DNA from: Blasia pusilla
Lineage: Eukaryota
Reading direction: 5' to 3'
Length of the DNA: 64,000 bases
Assembly (NCBI GenBank): GCA_050084515.1
Contig: CM114271.1
Coordinates: 40,734,001 to 40,798,000, forward strand
Positions 39,878 through 50,840 of this stretch are shown in pieces; position 1 is the stretch's first letter; each line of letters begins with the position of its first letter. Under the pieces are notes generated by a model. That model was not told the origin of the DNA, did not search any database, and was given only the letters and a program-made list of their open reading frames with translations. Both the position numbers and the translations under genes were made by a program.

Positions 39878-40020
39878 GTACATCTGAGACACATCCATCA
39901 TCCCTCAGGAACCCTAGTGAGAGGTGGCGTCAAACATGCCATATGCCATCCTCTCGAATACCCATCACAGACTAGCATAGTGGCTGCATCACGGGCGGAA
40001 CCACACAACATACACCGAAA
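39878..40020 (-). pseudogene. PHD finger at the C-terminus of the integrase
   Basis: CMLCGSARDAATMLVCDG(Y)SRGWHMACLTPPLTRVPEG*WMCLRC: C4-H-C3 spacing with one Cys->Tyr change and an in-frame TGA before the final W.C..C. Confidence 0.88.
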
Positions 40021-41200
40021 GCTTGCAGGAACTACTGCTAAGCTCAAATCAAATGTACCGTCAATGTTTGAAAGATGACATGGCGCACACTTACGCACAT
40101 GGTCCTTCCAAACCATATCATCGCGTCCCTCCAATAAGAGAACATCGGATAGCAAAACCTCACGCACTCTCAAGATGGTACGCCCTGCAATCACATCCAA
40201 CGTTGTGGGTGCCGTCTGCTACAAGTAGACATGGTCTCCCTCATGAAACCTCCGGATAGTAGGTCGATAACCACCTCTCCGAATAGTCGCATACCTCAAC
40301 GTATCCCGATGTTGCGCAATCGCCAAGTTCTCAAACGCCATGGGCATCACTCTCCGAAACAACTCAGCCCTCTGAGAACATGCTCGCATCCATACATCAG
40401 GGTCATCAAGGTTCAACACCTCACCAACATCTCGATGAATGATCGCAGGTAAATCTCGCTCTTGGCCATAAAGCAACAAGTACGGTGAGAAAGACGCTAA
40501 GGATGCATGCCTGTTGAATCTGTATCTCATCACCAACCATGGCAACTAAAGATCCCAATCTCCTAGGTGACCTCTCTTCAAGCCATACTTGTGTAGTCCT
40601 CTCTTCACCGTATGCACAACCCGCTCTGCTAGTCCATCCGCCTCAGGATGATCTCGCAAAGTAGTGCGGTGGTCGATCAGTGCCTGATCACACAAGGCTT
40701 GAAACTCCTCGCGGAACTCTGTACCCTGGTCTATCAACACCTCAACAGGTGCGCCGTAATGACTCAGCACTCGATCTAGGAAGGCATACGTTACTCCCTC
40801 ACTCGCTTTATCAGGCAATGCAACCAACTCTATCCACTTTGAGAAGTGCTCAACCATCACCAACACATAACGACTATGATGCTCCGTCAAAGGCAAAGGT
40901 CTTGCAAAATCCAAACTCCATCTATAACCTAAACCCATGATCGAAAGTGGATGCAACTGTGGAGTGAGAGCATTGAACGATGCTCGAGCTTGATCACACA
41001 CCATGCATGTGGCAACAAACTGTTGAACGTCAATGTGCATGCCTCGCCACCACTACTGAATCTGGAGCAAGTTGTACGTCCGCTTCACTCCAAAATGATC
41101 CAACTCCTCGTGGGCATGATGCACCAAACATGCTCTCTTCAAAGGATGAGGCACTACACGCACTCTACCATCCTCCCACACTCACAACATATGTGTTCCC
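40020..41200 (-). pseudogene. Retrotransposon integrase
   Basis: HH-CC zinc finger (HHELGHFG...CMVC) and DDE triad WSLDFA / LIDQG / GLAER in ORF 40546-41040, continuing in 40219-40545. Confidence 0.92.
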
Positions 41201-41509
41201 TCCCACCGGAACCGTCTCGCTCGATGTAGGATCCGATCCCGCTCTCTAGCACCCATTGTGCTCGCAAGGCTGCCAGTATGCAGGTATTCCAAGACCACTC
41301 CATCGTCGTGAATGTCTCAGCCACCTGTCGTCTCCTCACCGGTCTTTGGATCTAAGGACTCTCCATCAGACCTCGCCATCAAGGTCTCAGTAATCTGGCT
41401 CTCCATAGCCAACAAGCCCAAATAGGCTGACGCATGCCATCCTGGCACCAACTCCTCATCACTCTCACCATGCCAACGAGCTCCAATCGAATCTTGCTGA
41501 CTCGGGCAT

Positions 41510-42100
41510 GAGTTACGGCTCAAACCATCTGCATCTTGGTTGAGCGTCACAGGTCTATGCACCACCTGGAAGTCATACTCTTGCAACAAATGAGCCCACC
41601 TCACAAGCTTCCTTGTAAGCTTGTCCGACCTCATCAACCACTTAAGTGGTTGATGATCACTAATGATGGTAAAGGGATTGCCGAATAGATAACATGTGAA
41701 ATATGCGACAGCCCATATTGCATCCAAGCACTCACCCTCATACAAGCTATACTTCGTCTCTACAACGTTGTTCAAGCGACTATTGTAAGCCACCATGAAC
41801 TCTCTACCATCATCGTCATGCTAGGTGAGCACAGCTCCAAGCCCCAATATGCTCCAATCGGTATGCAACTGGAAAGGACGCCCCTTGATCGGTCTCCTCA
41901 ATATGGGAATCCGTCCTTGAGCATCTAAAATGCTCTCTTCTGCTCATCTCCCCAGTGCCACTCCTGGTCCACCTTGGTCAGCAAGGTCAACGGCTTTGCA
42001 ATCGAACAAAAAACCCTTGACGTACCGTCGATAGAAGTTCGCCAATCGCATGAATGCACGAACCCGACTCACATCTGTAGGGCGTGGAATGCGTGAAATA
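41510..42100 (-). pseudogene. RT connection and RNase H
   Basis: RPFQLHTDWS..GLGAVL, VAYNSR, EGECL.AIWAV, SDHQPLKWL, ADGLSR motifs. Frameshifted. Confidence 0.9.
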
Positions 42101-42117
42101 ACCTCTACCTTCATCTA

Positions 42118-43065
42118 CTACACACCAAAGCCCCTTGAGTATATCGTATGACCCAGGTACTTAATGTGGTCGTAGAAGAACTTGCACTTGTCTGTATGTA
42201 GCTTCAACCCATGTAACAGCAATCGTCGAAATACCTCTTGTAGATGTCGCTCATGCTCATCAACTGTGGCGCTAAACACTACAATGTCATCAATATAACA
42301 CCTACCAAAATCCAGACCTGCCAAGGTCCTATCCTTGACCCTCTGAAACTCAGCCAGGGCATTCTTTAACCCAAATGGTAAGAATTGCCACTGGTACAAG
42401 CAGTCCTTCCTGTGAGGATCGATGCCCCAAAATATCATCTTCTGCCTATCCTCCAATCTGATAAGCAGTTGATGATATCCGGCTAGAAGATCTAACGAAC
42501 TGAAGACCTTTGCATGCCCAATAGCATCAAAGATCTCCTCAAGAGTGAGCATGGCATACCTATCGGACTTTTTTTTTCGATTGATAGGTTGGTAATCTCC
42601 ACACATCTGCCTATCCGTCCAGTTGTCATGCACATCCTTCTTGGCGGGCATGATAATGGCAGATGCATACTCTCCATGCGACATCTCCACTAGTCCTGCG
42701 CCAACCAAGTCTTGGCTCCTACTCTGAATGAGAGGCGTGTCCATGTCACTATACCTGTAGGTTCGTCGGAAGATCGGCGTGTCACTCGACAACTCAATGC
42801 GGATCCCTGGATCCTTCAGCGTACCCAAATCATGCATACTAAATGCAAAACAGCTCCTATAACTCCTAAGGAACTGGTGTATCCGACGCCGCTCTCCTCC
42901 TGTCAACTTAGGGCTCATATCTGCCTCCCAAGTCTCCATCGTGACTACGGTATGACTCTCCGGTGTGGATTTTGGTGGTTGGTATGGTGCAACCCCGTCT
43001 TGAAAAATAGAAGTCTCATCTCCACATGCAGTATTTGGAACCACGCTCGATGTTGTGGCCATCAT
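42118..43065 (-). pseudogene. Reverse transcriptase (gypsy type)
   Basis: MCGDYQPIN, FSSLDLLAGYHQ, LPFGLKNA, CYIDDIVVFS, KCKF...YLGH motifs in a 315-aa ORF. Confidence 0.96.
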
Positions 43066-43249
43066 CTCCTCGCGTACGTGCTAAACATCCCAAGAAGTCC
43101 AAGGGTGTCTCTCCCGATCATCCCTGGTGTGTCGATCTCCTTGGGTCTTGCCCCTAGTCACTACCTCAATCGTCTTGGTAGGCATGGGGCTCACCAACTC
43201 AACTTTTTTTATTTGTTGCATCCTCAAACGTTGCTCAGCTACTCCTAAG

Positions 43250-44170
43250 CTAAAAATCCATGTCACGCAGTTCAGGTCCAACGCCTGACCCAAGACATGA
43301 CGTCGTGATATCTCTGATAGTGACAGTACCGCCATCACTCCTGTGGGGAATCCCATCGCTTGCTCTCGCTCATCGGCGTTGGGCTCCATCAACCTCTGTA
43401 CCTGGTCATCCCAAACCAAGCTAGGTCCGGCCTCCTTGAATGCATAGGAAGCGATAAAACTCACCAATGTGGGAAAGGCTGCTCGTGGCATGCCATCCTT
43501 GTTGACTAAAGTCATTGGCGGTTGATCATCGTGCCTCACTGCTTGTGATCGACCGCCCGGATCCAATATAGAATCCACCAAAAATCGGAGGGACGCTCCA
43601 CTCTTGCATAAGCCCTCCGCAACACCTCATGTGGTACCAAGTTGGTCCATCATCTAGAACCTACACTCGTCACATCTAACAACAATACCGGGCCGATCCA
43701 TGCGCACACCTAATGTGCACTTGTCACCACGCGGGACCTCGAATCGCCCAAAATCGGAACATTCTCCAAAATGTATGCTGGAGAACGAGCCTGATGCTCC
43801 TGTAAATGTTGCAAGATCCACATCATCTCCCAAAACAACCTGGGCCGAGTGTCAGGTAACCCGCTACCTTGTCCAGCATTTGATTGGCCCTGACACGGCC
43901 AACCAGCAATGACCAAGTGTATGGTCCCTACCCGCTCCAAGTCGTGCGTCCCCAACAATGAAATATCCCTCGATAGGGAACTCTGGTAATCTTGAATGGC
44001 GGACGCATACAACAAGTCGGGAAAATGGAGGCGTAACAGCGCCATATGGTGAAGTCAACCGCGCCTCGAAACATCATCAATCTCCACATACAGGTACTAC
44101 TGCACGCGCACTCCCGCCTAACCCAGTGCTGATCCCTCCAAAGAGATCCAACACCCGAATACCCTTCTCT
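43250..44170 (-). pseudogene. C5-cytosine DNA methyltransferase domain inside pol
   Basis: Motif I IRVLDLFGGISTG; II YLYVEID; III DISLL; IV IAGWPCQGQSNAG (catalytic Cys codon 43895-43893); V DTRPRLF; VI YILENV; LLDVTSVGSR*WTNL (motif VIII core missing); TRD FPTL; IX EREQAMGFP; X RRHVLGQALD. All are in canonical order. Confidence 0.93.
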
Positions 44171-44589
44171 GGAATGCACCACACAATAAGGTTGGTGTCC
44201 AAAAGGGTCATAGCTGCACTCCTACCTACTTGGAGTTCCTCTGATCCGTCACACTCTAGTGCAAATGTCTCACTCCACGCAGTCTGCACATGCTCAGTGG
44301 CTAAGCGTCGAAGCTCCTTAGTCGAGCCCCAAAGCGGCACCTCTCCTCCACGGATTGCTACGGCTACCATGACACTCATCTTCATAGAAATGTCAAGAAC
44401 AGGAGTATCCTCTGCATGGACATGTCCCTCAATCAAATCACTAAGCCAAGTGATGGCACTACTAAATGCTGCTAAGGTCGCCATCTCTCCTGGTCGTCGC
44501 TCGATCACTCCACCTGTGAATCGAACGGGTAATGAGCTAAGGCGCCCATCATCTGTCTGCCATCGTGGTCTGTAAGAGGCTGACTCCTC

Positions 44590-44900
44590 CCAGTAATCCA
44601 GGGAAAACCCCATCGGGTATAATATTGCTCCACCAACCAAGACATCGTAGGACTCTTCATCAGTCACTATCACCTTGGCTCACACCACAGACTCATCTGT
44701 AGGATGTCCCAGGAAAATCCTCACCACGACCTCCTGTTGGGTGATATACTGTGTGGTATTCGCTCCACCCAAGGATGTCTGTATCCAAAATAGACAACGC
44801 TCCACATCGGCTCTCGTCAAGCTCAATCCTCTGAATGACGCATTCCCCAACATCAAGGGTTGTGTTTCTCAATCCAACAAGACGCACTGCGAACTAAAAG
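44590..44900 (-). pseudogene. Aspartic protease (degenerate)
   Basis: CVLLD*ETQPLMLG (degenerate D-S/T-G active site) at ~44850-44890 and C-terminal YDVLVGG at ~44630-44650. Confidence 0.7.
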
Positions 44901-45029
44901 ATCTACCTCTTGGACTCACCAACTGGAAGACCTCTCCCCGGTTATCCAACAAAACAACACCAGGAGAAGCCATGGCATGCTCTATTGCGGGTCTAGCGGG
45001 CATCTCCACCATCCTAGCACCCGCAGCCT

Positions 45030-45850
45030 GCTATGAATCTGACGTGGACGGCCCGAGCATTAGCTCCAAGGACAGGACCATCATCCCCTCTGCAATCACC
45101 TCTGAACGTGATACATGTACTCCATCTCCATGCTCACATAGCGTAGCAGCCAGCCAAAAAACCTCGGCGAGCGTACCTCCCAACCTCATAACATCGGAAG
45201 CAGAAAATAAAGAAGCGCGGTACACAACGGTGGCCGCCCCCAACAATTTGCTTGACACATGCCCCTCCTGAGCATCATCAATAGAAGTCGTCACACTCAC
45301 TTCTCCCATTGCCCTCCGTGCCTGCACACCAACAACATCACAAACTCTCCAAGAACTCTAATCATGACCCATCGATGGGGTCCTCATCGCTCGGACAACG
45401 TGAAAGATTGAGGAAGCCTGGTCTCTTTCTTGGCTTCCCCTCGCTGTGGATCCAACTCTGCAGCTACTCCACGCGTCACAACTACGGCAGCCACCATTTA
45501 CAGCATGGAACATACCGTTCCATGCTGTAAACAAGTTGAACTCTCTAGAGTTCCTAGCCTGCTATGAGTCACACCAACTCTTAAACTCCGCAATGAAGTC
45601 ATGTAGCTCTATGATGCCTACAACACTCGAAAACCTACGTAATCCTCTACCCCGGTCGTCAATCTTGTACGCCCAACTGGTAGGATCACTCAATGTGTAC
45701 GGTGGATCACTAACACACTCCTCTACACACTCCCCCTCATCTGAAGATGACATAGAAGGAGATCGAGGCAGTCTCTCACGTGGAGACCCTCGAAACCTCG
45801 CACCACCCTGGGTAAACCCTCCAGAGCTACTCTCAGGTCCATTACCTCGC
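45030..45850 (-). pseudogene. gag, internally deleted
   Basis: FSSVVGIIELHDFIAEFKSWCDS*QARNSREFNLFTAWNGMF is homologous to the host gag at ~48880-49030. It is followed after only ~80 bp by RLPQSFTLSE. No zinc knuckle is retained. Confidence 0.7.
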
Positions 45851-46841
45851 TTCTCAAAATCCTGAAAGGACGCCGTGATGGCCCTCGTGCCCCTCTCACA
45901 AAATCACTCTAAATCTCACGAGTAATCCCTCAATCACTCAAACTAAACATGCGGCACTCAATCTACACTCTTTCATTGAGACGTGTGTTGTGCGGCAACA
46001 AGCAGCGTGGTGCAAAAATCAACTGATCTATCGTCTCATCGACAAACCATCCTCAACTCTAGACATCGCACAATGGTCTATGTCTCCTAAACCCATACAT
46101 CATCAATACTCCTAGCATCAGCACAAAACCCAATATCCCAAATAACTTCCCAATACCCGAAAATCCCTCATACGTGCAGGGTAAGAGACCAGAATGGGTA
46201 ACTTGATAATAATGTCGATGTTGATCCTCGGAAACTGTAAATCTCAACCCCAACTCAGTCGTGGAGACAACTCCTCCAGTCAGCAAGTCGTACTCCTCTT
46301 GTACTGACGCTGCTCAAACCTCCTCGATGTGTGGTGCAAGTCCAACGGTCTGGTGCGGCACTGGCGGCACGGAACGGCTACAAACGGCACGGCACTCGGG
46401 AATGGGATGCGGCACTCGGCGGCATAACCTCCTCAATCAGCAATTCACATGCTCTGCTCCTTAATGGAGAAGCGGCTCCGCGATCGAGACGGTGCGGTGC
46501 GGCGAGGAGCGGCACGGCGCACCAATCGACGGCGCGTTGCGGCTACGGGCGTCACAGCATGGTACTCGATCATCATTGAGCGGCTACAAATCACAACATA
46601 GCAACATGAAATAAAAACTCAAACACCATAACCCGAGATCACCTGCCATCACTGGTTGATGACGAAACTGCAATGACGGTGGCGGCCAAACCAAAGTACG
46701 TGGTGGCGGCGCAAGTCAGAGAATCAACGATGGTCGTGGAAGACCCTAAACTCCTTAATGGCAAAAATGGAAATCAAGGGTGGACAACGACTGAACGCAG
46801 CTCTAAGCAGCGCTAGGTGGAGGCGGCAGCCAACGGTGGAC

Positions 46842-47000
46842 GGTGGACCGTTGACGGCGATGGTTGACCGTTGATGGTGACGGCGGACGATTGATGGTGA
46901 GGATTGACCGTTGATGGTGAGGATTGACCGTTGACTATAGAGTTGACCGTAAACGGTGATGGTTGATAGTCGACAGTGAAGGTTGGCCGTTGACGGTGAC
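46842..47000. repeat. ~20-bp tandem repeat (GGATTGACCGTTGATGGTGA-like), ~8 copies
   Basis: Repeated TTGACCGTTGA cores at 20-bp period in the element's leader or LTR region. Confidence 0.8.
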
Positions 47001-47560
47001 TATGACGGCGACAGCCGCCGCCAGCGCGGCGGCTGGTTTAGGGTTTGAACAATTTAACCCTAAAAATTGCCTAGCAATGGCAGTTTTGCAAGATTGACCA
47101 TAACTTTTTGCTCACACTCCAAATTTTGCACCATTTTTTGCACATTATGCACAGCTTCACGATCAACGACAACGTCAAAAAATATTTGGAATTGGACATT
47201 CCAGTAAAAACTGATGGGGACTATCGTAAAACCCAATGTCTCTTTCTCCTACACAAAATTGGGCAGCGCTTCCGCGCTGATTTCTCCCAACAAAAATGTA
47301 AAACCTATGAAAACAAAAATCTGCAAGCTACATGGTGCTCTCGAGAGCACCGGCATGGAGCAATCCGCCCCCAAATTCAATTCCTATTGAAAATTGGGCA
47401 GCGCTTCCGCGTGCCACTCTCCCGTACAAAAAATCAGCAAAGCAAAACAGAAAATGCGCACTGCTCTTGCTTCGGTGAGCACTCCCATGAGCCATGAAGC
47501 GGGGAACACCGTCCCCCAACCTCCACCAAACATCGAGCAACCAGCAAGCTCCCCCGTGAA

Positions 47561-48182
47561 GCTCTCTCACATACTCATTCTCTCTTTGTAAAATAAGATC
47601 CAATCTCTCTCACAACACCATAGTTCTCACATGTGTGCACTCTCACATGTCTCTCTCAATGTCAAACCAAACCCACTCTCCTAATGAGAGGCTTGGGTTA
47701 CACACACAAGGCAAGCAAGACCATAGCTCCGCCCCCTCATGCCAAGAGGTTCAACAAAGAGAGAATGAGTTCTTAAGCTCTCTCTCCTTGAGGTATAATC
47801 CACCCCTCTCAAATACTCATTCTCTCTTTGTAAAATAAGATCCAATCTCTCTCACAACACCATAGTTCCCACATGTGTGCACTCTCCCAAGCTCTCTCCA
47901 TGGTAACCTATGCTTCCAAGTCACCTCCTTGGCTCTTGACCTCATGTAGAAGGTCACGGGCCACTTACCAAAAATAGAAATTTGATCATATACTCAAAAT
48001 GGTACTTACCTAAAATAGTAAGTTCCTCAATATGGCTCCAAATGAGCCGAAACGAAGGGGAAACCTGCTCTCTCAGGTTTCTCGAGGCCTCGGGAGGTCA
48101 TCCTTGACCTATTGAGCCTGTTCTATAGTACTCACAAAGGAGCTCTGGTAGATCTCATCGATCTATCCTAAAAGACGTGACA
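47561..48182 (-). repeat. 5' LTR (portion alignable to the 3' LTR)
   Basis: Minus strand begins TGTCACGTCTTTTAGG at 48182. Contains a 76-bp insertion (47811-47886) absent from the other LTR. Confidence 0.85.
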
Positions 48183-49100
48183 AGGCTCACAATACTCACC
48201 ATGCTCTCTGGGCACACCGGCCTGCTCCCATGGTATTGGTGCACATTGAGGCACTTGTGGGGCTACTACTACTTGTGGGGTTACTACTACTTGTGGATCC
48301 ATCAAATCTCAAGAAAATCATGTGGTCACCACCTGCTCCTCACTCATGTTGGGCTCAATCCGCTTAGACAACTCGAAGACCAACTTCAATGTGAGCGTCG
48401 TTATGTGAAGCGACGTCGCATCTTGGACTCTCCTCCGTAGCTCCCAATCCAGAACTCCGTACCAATACTGTATTGACTGCACCTAAATTACTCCATATAT
48501 AGCAATGATCAGTCGACGCATATGCTTGAACGCCTGGCTCAGACTCTCACTCGATCTCCGATGAAAATCCTGTAGACTCTTCAGATTGTCAATCCGCACG
48601 CCCTAGTAGCTCTAGCCAACTGTTGAAAGAACTCAACCATCCAACTATAAGTAGATGGTGCTCTAGCACCATAGATCTCTGCCACCTCACCGCCCTCACT
48701 ACCATCATCTCCATCTAGTCCCAAGGTTGATGGTGTAGGTCTCTCCCCTCTCACTATCCCATCATATGCCTCGTGGCCACTAGTGAACAAATATACACGT
48801 TGGAGCCTAATAAATCCTCGAGGCATCAATCTCTACTGAATGTAAAGACCATATTTTCATGTAGTCATCCATTGTAGGATCCTCTAAATGCTGGAGCAAA
48901 CCCTTTCACGCCTCAAAAGGGTTGAACTGCGTAGGGGCTCGTATCTCCTAAAAGTCGCGCCATGTGTCCAATTCCTAGATGAAATCATCTAAGTCGATGG
49001 TGTCTCTCGCACCCGAGAAATAATGTATGCCCCAATCGCTCATGTCGTCGATCTCCTTCCAGGTGATAGTCTCTATTTGTGATCTTGTCACCGGGCCCAT
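48183..49100 (-). pseudogene. 5' part of gag of the host retroelement
   Basis: Minus strand ~49030-48880 reads FSGARDTIDLDDFI*ELDTWRDF*EIRAPTQFNPFEA*KGLLQHLE, alignable to the nested element's gag. Confidence 0.7.
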
Positions 49101-49525
49101 TTTCTAGTGACGATGATCAAACCACTGATGGGAGTCGGGGTGGTTCCTCACTCAAAACCCCTCGATACCTCACTCCACTCCGTGTAAATCCACTACCATT
49201 GCTCAAACTACCCCGTTCTTTTGAACATTGGAAGAACGTCGTGATAACAACCTTGGCTCAACTCAAGCACCTGGACTCACTAAGAGTCTCCCACACTCCT
49301 CACTAGCTCACCTACGCTAATGACAATCCCGTGATGACACATCCGGATAACGTAAATTCAACACTCTGGCTCACCATGAGCCTCTCAAACTAGCTCACTT
49401 AAGTTACTAACACACTCTCGGATCATACACCCGGCCCCTAATTGGGAAACCGTCCTACATCCACAAACATGCTACACATACAAGGAGTCTACACTTATCA
49501 TCATGGCTACATCCATCTAGCCAAG

Positions 49526-50840
49526 TGTCGTGACCCTCATAACCAAACAAATACCAAACAGACACTCAACGAAACATCACAACTTTAGTGAGTTCCCTCC
49601 TCGATGATTGCATTTTGGAGAGGTCTTTTGGAAAAGTCCAAGAGACAAAATGCGCAATACAGTTTGTGTGTTTCATGCGTTTATGGTCGCGACCAAGAAA
49701 CCTGCACCAAATGCGAACCAAGACTTGAGATGAGTTGAGTCTAGGAAGGTTGGTTATCAACTTGCCAAAGAGGTGAGAACGAGATTTGAAATGCGACTAG
49801 CATTTGGGGATTTTGACTGTGTTTTGGACCATAACGTTTAGTCCCAAGATTGCGTTTGGGACAAGTAAGGTGGCGTTGGAAATTTTACACCAAGACGATT
49901 ACAATGCACCAAAGATATTAGAAAATGCTGAAGCAGAGCTTGAGATATTTTCCAAAAATGATTGCAAGAGGAGTCAGGTCGAGGGCCAAACTGAGGGGCC
50001 CGACTGTCTTTCCTCAAAGTTAGGGGAAGGTCGGAGATCTCCTGAATTACTAGTAAGGGGAAGTGTCTCCAAGGATTCTTGGAACTCGAACTCCACTTTG
50101 AGCACCGAATGGGAGTTTGGCGTTGGAAACCCAAACCTGATCCAAGGGAGTGGATTTTGTAAGCCATACTTGGATTCCAACCCGTGACTCATCTTTGTGA
50201 GTCGCAATTAGGGGCTCATTGGATGTCCATTGGACAGTTGGGACCGCCAGCAAGGTTGCATGTGGATAAAGCCCGTGTCCGTGGACTTATGTCCGTTCTA
50301 TGGAAGGACTTGTCCATATGGGCCCCACCTTTTCCTTCTTTCTCCTTCCCCTTACTTGCCTTCGTGTTCCATGCTCCCCCGATTCTTCCTCCCTCCATCT
50401 CCACTCCCTCCTCCTTCATTGATCCACTTATCCTTGCCTTGCCTTCCATCATGGATTATAAGTGTGGGTCCCACCTCTTGGAACCCATGTCCATAGACAT
50501 GTTCAAACTTGTCTGTCCATGACCTTCCTAAGGAAGGATTTGTCAATTTTTATGCAACCATAACCGCCAAGCGTGCAAACGCAGTTTGAGGTTCCTGAAC
50601 CAACCAAAAAGTTTGTCCCAAATCTTGAAAGACTTGCCTCTATTGTAAACCGTGAAACTAGGAAGGTTGAGCTTGATGAGAGGCCGAGTCGAGAACTTGG
50701 AAGCTTAGAACACTAATTGACCCAGACCCGACTAACGTGAGTGTGTGTTTGGGTGCAGATCAGGATTGAGAGCATGTCCTACTGAATGCATGCTTCTGCA
50801 ACACTAAAGATTTACGTTCAAGGAGAGTAGGCGCACGACA
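49526..50840. repeat. Candidate LTR (host element or solo LTR), interrupted by a MITE
   Basis: TG...CA ends with a 7-bp terminal inverted repeat TGTCGTG / CACGACA. Lies upstream of the host gag on the minus strand. No second copy in the window. Confidence 0.45.
50251..50562 (+). mobile_element. hAT-type MITE (312 bp)
   Basis: CAAGGTTGCA...TGCAACCATA termini. TSD ACCGCCAG / ACCGCCAA (7/8). Co-linear with 18400-18695. Confidence 0.88.

Larger units (their letters stand above)
39018..48182 (-). mobile_element. Decayed Ty3/gypsy LTR retrotransposon carrying a C5 DNA methyltransferase and a PHD finger
   Basis: Direct repeats 39018-39563 and 47561-48182 flank gag-PR-DNMT-RT-RH-IN-PHD on the minus strand, in gypsy order (IN after RT/RH). 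Many stops and frameshifts. No TSD found. Confidence 0.92.

Noticed and set aside
43250-44170. DNMT as bacterial contamination or a restriction-modification gene
   Set aside because: It is co-linear and partly in frame with retroelement protease and RT, decays like the rest of the element, and has no neighbouring bacterial genes.
42712-45865. + strand ORFs of 139-205 aa inside the retroelement
   Set aside because: Antisense to gag, PR, DNMT and RT, with no independent motifs.
9985-47000. Short periodic arrays (9985-10217, 20450-20890, 46842-47000) as CRISPR-like arrays
   Set aside because: Degenerate tandem units without unique spacers, no cas genes, and a eukaryotic context.
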